Source of the DNA: the human T2T-CHM13v2.0 reference genome, Homo sapiens | Assembly (NCBI RefSeq): GCF_009914755.1 | Contig: NC_060946.1 | Strand: one strand, 5' to 3' | DNA length: 64,000 bases | Shown: in pieces, positions 56,001 to 64,000 of the stretch | How positions within the stretch are numbered: position 1 is the first letter of the stretch | How the letters are laid out: the number at the start of each line of letters is the position of its first letter | Translations under genes and position numbers: made by a program | The notes under the pieces: model-generated | Database searches by the model: none | What the model was told of the DNA's origin: nothing | Seen by the model: the letters and a program-made list of their open reading frames with translations, nothing else

Positions 56001-59000
56001 TGTGAAGATATTTCATATTTCAACAAAGGCCATAAAGGGCTCACAGATATCCCTTTGCAGATTCTAAGAAAAGACATTTTCCAAGCTCCTCAATCAAAAG
56101 AAAGGTTTCACTCTGTGCGATGAATGGACACATCACAAAGAAGTTTCTCAGAAAGCTTCTGTCTAGTTTTTATGTGAGGCTATTTCTTGTTCACCATAGG
56201 CCTCAAGCAGCTAAGAAATTTCCCTCTGCAGCTTCTACAAAAGACTGTTTCCAAACTGCTCAACTGAAAGAAAGGTTGAATTCTGTGACATGAATTCACA
56301 CATCACAAAGAGGTTTTTCAGAAATCTTCTGACTAGATTTTATGTGAAGATACTTCCTTTTTCACCACGGGCCTCAAATATCTCCAAATATCCATTTGCA
56401 GATTCTACAGAAAGACTTCCCAAACTGCTCAATCAAAAGAAAGGTTCAACACAGTGAGATGAAGGCACACATCACAAAGAAGTTTCTCAGAAATCTCCTG
56501 TCTAGTTTTTATGTGAAGATATTTCGTATTCCACCACAGGCCATAAGGGGCTCACAAATATCCCTTTGCAGGTTCCACAAAAAGACTGTTGCCAAACTGC
56601 TCAATCAAAAGAAAGGTTCAACTCTGTGACGTGAATGGACACATCACAAACAATTTCTTGGAATGATTCCATCTAGTTTTTATGGGAAGATGTTTCTCTT
56701 TCACCATTAGCCTCAAACGGATCAGAATTCTCCCTTTGCAGATTGTACAATAAGCCTCTTTCCAATCTGCTCAATCAAAAGAAAGTTTCAACTCTGTGAG
56801 GTGAATGCACACATCACAAGGGAGTTTCTCAGAAAGCTTCTGTTTAGTTTTTACGTGAAGATGTTTCGTTTTTCAACATGGGCCTCAAAAGCTCTCCAAT
56901 TATCCATTTGCAGATTCTAGAAAAAGAGGGTTTCCAAACTCCTCAATCAAAAGAAAGTTTCAATTCTGTGAGATGAAAGCACACATCACAACGAAGTTTC
57001 TTAGAAAGCTTCTGTCTAGTTTTTATGTGAAGATACTTCACATTGCAGCATAGTACTCAATGGGCTCAGAAATATCCCTTGGCAGATTCTACAAAAGGAC
57101 TGTTTCAAAACTGCTCAATCCAAAGAAAGTTTCAACTATGTGAGATGAATGCACACATCACAAGGAAGTTCCTCAGAATGCTTCTGTCTAGTTTATATGT
57201 GAAGAAGATTCCTATTTCACCATAGGCAATAAAGGGCTCACAAATATTTTTTGCAGATTCTACAAAAAGACTGTATCCAAACTGCTCAATAAAAAGAAAG
57301 TTTCAACTCTGTTAGATTAATGGACACATCGAAAAGTAGTTTCTCAGAAAACTTCTGTGTAGTTTTTATGTGAAGATATTTCCTTTGTCACCATTGGCCT
57401 CAAAGCACTCCTAATATCCATTTACAGATTTCACAAAAAGAGTGTTTCCAAACAGCTCAATCAAAAGAAAGTGTTTAACTCTGTGAGGTGAAAGCACACA
57501 TCTCAAAGAAGTTTCTCCGAAAGCTTCGGTCTACTTTTCCTGTGAAGATATTTCCAGTTTCACCGTAGGCCTCAAAGGGCTAAGAAATATCCCTTTCCAG
57601 ATTCTAAAAGACGACCGTTTCCATACTTGTCAATCAAAAGAAAGGTTAAATTCTCTGAGGTTAATGCGCACATCAGAATGAAGTTTCTCAGAATTCTCCT
57701 GTCTAGTTTCTGTGTGAAGATATTTACTATTTCACTATAGGCTTCAAAGGTCCCAAAAATATCCCTTTGCAGATTCTACAAAAATATGGTTTCCACAGTG
57801 CTGAATTGAAAGAAACCTTCAACTCTGTCAGATGAATGGAGACATCACAAAGAAGTTCCCCGGAATGCTTCTGTCTAGTTTAAATGTGAAGATAATCCTT
57901 TTTCACCACAGACCTCAAATGGCTCAGAAATATACCTTTGCAGATTGCAGAAAGAGACTGTCTCTAAACTGCTCAAATAAAATAAAGTTTCAACACTGTG
58001 AGATGAATGCACACATCACAAAGAAGTTTCTCAGAAAGCTTCTGTCTAGTTTTTATGTGAAGATATTCCCTTTTTCACCATAGTCCTTACACCGCTCACA
58101 AATATCCTTCTGCAGATACTAGAAAAAGACTGTTTCCAAACTGCTCCATCAAAAGAAAATTTCGCCTACCTGAGATGAATGCACACATCATAAAGAAGTT
58201 TCTCAGAATTCTTCTGTCTAGATTTTATGTGAAGATATTTCCATTTTCACCTTAGGCCACAAAGCGCTCCAAACATCCCTTTGCAGATGATACGAAAAGA
58301 CTGTTTCCAAACTGCTCAATCAAAAGAAATTTTCAACTCTGTGAGATGAAAGCACCCATCACAAAAAAGTTTCTCAGAAATCTCCTGTCTAGTTTTTATC
58401 TCAAGATAATTCCTATTTTGCCATAGGAATCAAGGGGCTCACAAATATCCCTTTGCAGATTCTACAAAAGTTCTGTTTACAAACCTCTCAATCAAAAGAA
58501 ACGTTCAACATTGTGAGATGAATGAACACATCACAAAGAAGTTTCTCAGAATGCTTCTGTCTGGTTACTCTGTGAAGATATTTCTTTTTTCACCACAGTC
58601 TTTAAGCCACTCAAAAATATCTGTCTGCAGACACTACAAAAAGTCTGTTTCCAAACTGGCCCATATAGCATGTTTCAACTATGTGAAATGAATGCACTCA
58701 TCAAAGAGAAGTTTCTCCGAATTCTTCTGTCTAGTTTTTATGTGAAGATATTTCCTTCTTCACCGTAGGCTGCAAATTGTTCCAAATATCCATTTGCGGA
58801 TTCTACAAAAAGAATGTTTCCAAACTGGTCAATCAACAGAAAGGCTCAACTCTGTGAGACGAAAGCACACATCACAAAGAAGTTTCTCAGAAAGCTTCTG
58901 TCTACATTTTATGTGAAGGTATTTCCTTTGGCACCGTAGGCCTTAAACCACTCACAAACATAACTCCGCTTATACTACCAAGAGACTTTCTCCAAATTGC

Positions 59001-62000
59001 TAAATCAAAAGAAACGTTCAACTCTGTGAGATGAATACACACATCAAAAAGAAGTTTCTCAAAATGCTTCTGTCTAGTTTTCATGTGAAGATTTTTATTT
59101 TTCACCATTGGCCCCAAACGGCTCAGAAATATCCCTTTGCAGTTTGTAGGAAAAGACTGTTTCCAAACTGCTCAATGAAAAGAAATGGTCAACTATTAGC
59201 GATGAATGGAAATGTCACAAAGAGTTTTCTCAAAAAACTACTGCGTCGTTTTTATGTGAAGACGTTTCCTTTTTCACTCTAGGCCTTAAAACTCTCTAAA
59301 TATACATTCACAGATTCTACAAAAAGACTGATTCCAAACTGCTCAATCAGAAGAAAGGTTCAGTTCCGTGTGACAAACGTGCACATCACAAAGAAATTTG
59401 TCAGAAAGCTTCTGTCTACTTTTTATGTGAAGATATTTCATATTTCAACAAAGGCCATAAAGGGCTCACAGATATCCCTTTGCAGATTCTAAGAAAAGAC
59501 ATTTTCCAAGCTCCTCAATCAAAAGAAAGGTTTCACTCTGTGCGATGAATGGACACATCACAAAGAAGTTTCTCAGAAAGCTTCTGTCTAGTTTTTATGT
59601 GAGGCTATTTCTTGTTCACCATAGGCCTCAAGCAGCTAAGAAATTTCCCTCTGCAGCTTCTACAAAAGACTGTTTCCAAACTGCTCAACTGAAAGAAAGG
59701 TTGAATTCTGTGACATGAATTCACACATCACAAAGAGGTTTTTCAGAAATCTTCTGTCTAGTTTTTATGTGAAGATACTTCCTTTTTCACCACGGGCCTC
59801 AAATATCTCCAAATATCCATTTGCAGATTCTACAGAAAGACTTCCCAAACTGCTCAATCAAAAGAAAGGTTCAACACAGTGAGATGAAGGCACACATCAC
59901 AAAGAAGTTTCTCAGAAATCTCCTGTCTAGTTTTTATGTGAAGATATTTCGTATTCCACCACAGGCCATAAGGGGCTCACAAATATCCCTTTGCAGGTTC
60001 CACAAAAAGACTGTTGCCAAACTGCTCAATCAAAAGAAAGGTTCAACTCTGTGACGTGAATGGACACATCACAAACAATTTCTTGGAATGATTCCGTCTA
60101 GTTTTTATGGGAAGATGTTTCTCTTTCACCATTAGCCTCAAACGGATCAGAATTCTCCCTTTGCAGATTGTACAATAAGCCTCTTTCCAATCTGCTCAAT
60201 CAAAAGAAAGTTTCAACTCTGTGAGGTGAATGCACACATCACAAGGGAGTTTCTCAGAAAGCTTCTGTTTAGTTTTTACGTGAAGATGTTTCGTTTTTCA
60301 ACATGGGCCTCAAAAGCTCTCCAAATATCCATTTGCAGATTCTAGAAAAAGAGTGTTTCCAAACTCCTCAATCAAAAGAAAGTTTCAATTCTGTGAGATG
60401 AAAGCACACATCACAACGAAGTTTCTTAGAAAGCTTCTGTCTAGTTTTTATGTGAAGATACTTCACATTGCAGCATAGTACTCAATGGGCTCAGAAATAT
60501 CCCTTGGCAGATTCTACAAAAGGACTGTTTCAAAACTGCTCAATCCAAAGAAAGTTTCAACTATGTGAGATGAATGCACACATCACAAAGAAGTTCCTCA
60601 GAATGCTTCTGTCTAGTTTATATGTGAAGAAGATTCCTATTTCACCATAGGCAATAAAGGGCTCACAAATATTTTTTGCAGATTCTACAAAAAGACTGTA
60701 TCCAAACTGCTCAATAAAAAGAAAGTTTCAACTCTGTTAGATTAATGGACACATCGAAAAGTAGTTTCTCAGAAAACTTCTGTGTAGTTTTTATGTGAAG
60801 ATATTTCCTTTGTCACCATTGGCCTCAAAGCACTCCTAATATCCATTTACAGATTTCACAAAAAGAGTGTTTCCAAACAGCTCAATCAAAAGAAAGTGTT
60901 TAACTCTGTGAGGTGAAAGCACACATCTCAAAGAAGTTTCTCCGAAAGCTTCGGTCTACTTTTCCTGTGAAGATATTTCCAGTTTCACCGTAGGCCTCAA
61001 AGGGCTAAGAAATATCCCTTTCCAGATTCTAAAAGACGACCGTTTCCATACTTGTCAATCAAAAGAAAGGTTAAATTCTCTGAGGTTAATGCGCACATCA
61101 GAATGAAGTTTCTCAGAATTCTCCTGTCTAGTTTCTGTGTGAAGATATTTACTATTTCACTATAGGCTTCAAAGGTCCCAAAAATATCCCTTTGCAGATT
61201 CTACAAAAATATGGTTTCCACAGTGCTGAATTGAAAGAAACCTTCAACTCTGTCAGATGAATGGAGACATCACAAAGAAGTTCCCCGGAATGCTTCTGTC
61301 TAGTTTAAATGTGAAGATAATCCTTTTTCACCACAGACCTCAAATGGCTCAGAAATATACCTTTGCAGATTGCAGAAAGAGACTGTCTCTAAACTGCTCA
61401 AATAAAATAAAGTTTCAACACTGTGAGATGAATGCACACATCACAAAGAAGTTTCTCAGAAAGCTTCTGTCTAGTTTTTATGTGAAGATATTCCCTTTTT
61501 CACCATAGTCCTTACACCGCTCACAAATATCCTTCTGCAGATACTAGAAAAAGACTGTTTCCAAACTGCTCCATCAAAAGAAAATTTCGCCTACCTGAGA
61601 TGAATGCACACATCATAAAGAAGTTTCTCAGAATTCTTCTGTCTAGATTTTATGTGAAGATATTTCCATTTTCACCTTAGGCCACAAAGCGCTCCAAACA
61701 TCCCTTTGCAGATGATACGAAAAGACTGTTTCCAAACTGCTCAATCAAAAGAAATTTTCAACTCTGTGAGATGAAAGCACCCATCACAAAAAAGTTTCTC
61801 AGAAATCTCCTGTCTAGTTTTTATCTCAAGATAATTCCTATTTTGCCATAGGAATCAAGGGGCTCACAAATATCCCTTTGCAGATTCTACAAAAGTTCTG
61901 TTTACAAACCTCTCAATCAAAAGAAACGTTCAACATTGTGAGATGAATGAACACATCACAAAGAAGTTTCTCAGAATGCTTCTGTCTGGTTACTCTGTGA

Positions 62001-64000
62001 AGATATTTCTTTTTTCACCACAGTCTTTAAGCCACTCAAAAATATCTGTCTGCAGACACTACAAAAAGTCTGTTTCCAAACTGGCCCATATAGCATGTTT
62101 CAACTATGTGAAATGAATGCACTCATCAAAGAGAAGTTTCTCCGAATTCTTCTGTCTAGTTTTTATGTGAAGATATTTCCTTCTTCACCGTAGGCTGCAA
62201 ATTGTTCCAAATATCCATTTGCGGATTCTACAAAAAGAATGTTTCCAAACTGGTCAATCAACAGAAAGGCTCAACTCTGTGAGACGAAAGCACACATCAC
62301 AAAGAAGTTTCTCAGAAAGCTTCTGTCTACATTTTATGTGAAGGTATTTCCTTTGGCACCGTAGGCCTTAAACCACTCACAAACATAACTCCGCTTATAC
62401 TACCAAGAGACTTTCTCCAAATTGCTAAATCAAAAGAAACGTTCAACTCTGTGAGATGAATACACACATCAAAAAGAAGTTTCTCAAAATGCTTCTGTCT
62501 AGTTTTCATGTGAAGATTTTTATTTTTCACCATTGGCCCCAAACGGCTCAGAAATATCCCTTTGCAGTTTGTAGGAAAAGACTGTTTCCAAACTGCTCAA
62601 TGAAAAGAAATGGTCAACTATTAGCGATGAATGGAAATGTCACAAAGAGTTTTCTCAAAAAACTACTGCGTCGTTTTTATGTGAAGACGTTTCCTTTTTC
62701 ACTCTAGGCCTTAAAACTCTCTAAATATACATTCACAGATTCTACAAAAAGACTGATTCCAAACTGCTCAATCAGAAGAAAGGTTCAGTTCCGTGTGACA
62801 AACGTGCACATCACAAAGAAATTTGTCAGAAAGCTTCTGTCTACTTTTTATGTGAAGATATTTCATATTTCAACAAAGGCCATAAAGGGCTCACAGATAT
62901 CCCTTTGCAGATTCTAAGAAAAGACATTTTCCAAGCTCCTCAATCAAAAGAAAGGTTTCACTCTGTGCGATGAATGGACACATCACAAAGAAGTTTCTCA
63001 GAAAGCTTCTGTCTAGTTTTTATGTGAGGCTATTTCTTGTTCACCATAGGCCTCAAGCAGCTAAGAAATTTCCCTCTGCAGCTTCTACAAAAGACTGTTT
63101 CCAAACTGCTCAACTGAAAGAAAGGTTGAATTCTGTGACATGAATTCACACATCACAAAGAGGTTTTTCAGAAATCTTCTGTCTAGTTTTTATGTGAAGA
63201 TACTTCCTTTTTCACCACGGGCCTCAAATATCTCCAAATATCCATTTGCAGATTCTACAGAAAGACTTCCCAAACTGCTCAATCAAAAGAAAGGTTCAAC
63301 ACAGTGAGATGAAGGCACACATCACAAAGAAGTTTCTCAGAAATCTCCTGTCTAGTTTTTATGTGAAGATATTTCGTATTCCACCACAGGCCATAAGGGG
63401 CTCACAAATATCCCTTTGCAGGTTCCACAAAAAGACTGTTGCCAAACTGCTCAATCAAAAGAAAGGTTCAACTCTGTGACGTGAATGGACACATCACAAA
63501 CAATTTCTTGGAATGATTCCGTCTAGTTTTTATGGGAAGATGTTTCTCTTTCACCATTAGCCTCAAACGGATCAGAATTCTCCCTTTGCAGATTGTACAA
63601 TAAGCCTCTTTCCAATCTGCTCAATCAAAAGAAAGTTTCAACTCTGTGAGGTGAATGCACACATCACAAGGGAGTTTCTCAGAAAGCTTCTGTTTAGTTT
63701 TTACGTGAAGATGTTTCGTTTTTCAACATGGGCCTCAAAAGCTCTCCAAATATCCATTTGCAGATTCTAGAAAAAGAGTGTTTCCAAACTCCTCAATCAA
63801 AAGAAAGTTTCAATTCTGTGAGATGAAAGCACACATCACAACGAAGTTTCTTAGAAAGCTTCTGTCTAGTTTTTATGTGAAGATACTTCACATTGCAGCA
63901 TAGTACTCAATGGGCTCAGAAATATCCCTTGGCAGATTCTACAAAAGGACTGTTTCAAAACTGCTCAATCCAAAGAAAGTTTCAACTATGTGAGATGAAT
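32000..64000 (-). repeat. HOR haplotype lineage D (~9.3 copies): transitional part ~32.0-36.3 kb, homogeneous core ~36.3-57.5 kb, sub-variant E from ~58 kb
   Basis: Seen: GTGAGGCTATTTCTTGTTC, GTGCGATG, ACACAGTGAG, ACAAACAATT, ATGATTCC, TCAACATGGG, CCCTTGGCAG, GACGACCG and GGTTACTCTGTG are present in copies from ~32.1 kb on and not seen at the same HOR positions before. Confidence 0.9.

Larger units (their letters stand above)
1..64000 (-). repeat. Alpha-satellite (ALR/alphoid) tandem array, ~171-bp monomers, single orientation, running off both window ends
   Basis: Seen: the motif GTTCAACTCTGTGAGATGAATGCACACATCACAAAGAAGTTTCTCAGAA..CTTCTGTCTAGTTTTTATGTGAAGATATTTCC recurs about every 171 bp throughout. 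Established: this is the reverse complement of the usual alphoid consensus (TTCTCAGAAACTTCTTTGTGATGTGTGCATTCA.CTCACAGAGTTGAAC), hence the '-' strand. Confidence 0.99.
1..64000 (-). repeat. CENP-B-box-less, all-A-type HOR (SF4-like, probably inactive or pericentromeric). A 20-mer of this class is compatible with the human chr15 or acrocentric side arrays, but the chromosome is not determined
   Basis: Seen: every box position resembles TTCCTTTTYCACCRTAG and none resembles CCCGnnTnnnnCGAA. Established: active SF1-3 HORs carry regular CENP-B boxes, and the box-less Y array DYZ3 is a ~34-mer rather than a 20-mer. Family and chromosome assignment is inference and needs monomer-HMM classification. 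Confidence 0.6.

Noticed and set aside
685-63479. All 60-85 aa ORFs in the supplied track
   Set aside because: They are chance reading frames in alphoid DNA. They recur with HOR periodicity, overlap on both strands, often have non-ATG starts, appear or disappear with single SNPs/indels, and show no recognisable domain.
1-64000. CRISPR-like repeat/spacer array or another prokaryotic-type system
   Set aside because: There are no unique spacers and no associated genes. The variable parts are homologous alphoid sequence repeating every ~171 and ~3,425 bp.
1-64000. L1/Alu insertions, inversions or HOR structural variants (monomer gain/loss)
   Set aside because: All 18 full units measure 3,421-3,427 bp in the same orientation, with no poly-A tails or foreign sequence seen.
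1-64000. Identification as Y-chromosome DYZ3 or as an active SF1-3 centromeric HOR
   Set aside because: The period is 20 monomers (DYZ3 is ~34), and the CENP-B boxes expected of SF1-3 active arrays are absent.

Overview
The whole 64 kb window is primate (human/great-ape type) centromeric or pericentromeric alpha-satellite DNA. It consists of ~171-bp monomers in a single orientation, organised as a 20-monomer higher-order repeat (HOR) of ~3,425 bp, with 18 complete copies plus a partial 19th. Unit starts, read from a recurring anchor (CTAG[T/A]TTTTATGTGAAG..TTTCC[A/C]TTTTCACCTTAGG), are 1, 3426, 6849, 10272, 13696, 17120, 20541, 23965, 27392, 30819, 34244, 37667, 41092, 44518, 47943, 51368, 54793, 58218 and 61643 (U1-U19). 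All monomers are A-type (pJalpha-box-like) and I found no CENP-B box, which points to an older, SF4-like and probably inactive HOR. I see no genes, RNA genes, transposons, inversions or monomer-number variants, and all listed ORFs are repeat artefacts. I cannot support a novel gene-encoded system here. The interesting signal is the internal architecture. Several HOR-haplotype blocks are joined in register, with a major switch at ~32 kb between two lineages roughly 5% apart (by-eye estimate). There is also an X-Y-Y-X superstructure at 8-22 kb, a very young ~6-copy expansion nested inside an older haplotype, one outlier copy, and multi-nucleotide mutations near junctions. All comparisons were made by eye, not by computed alignment.
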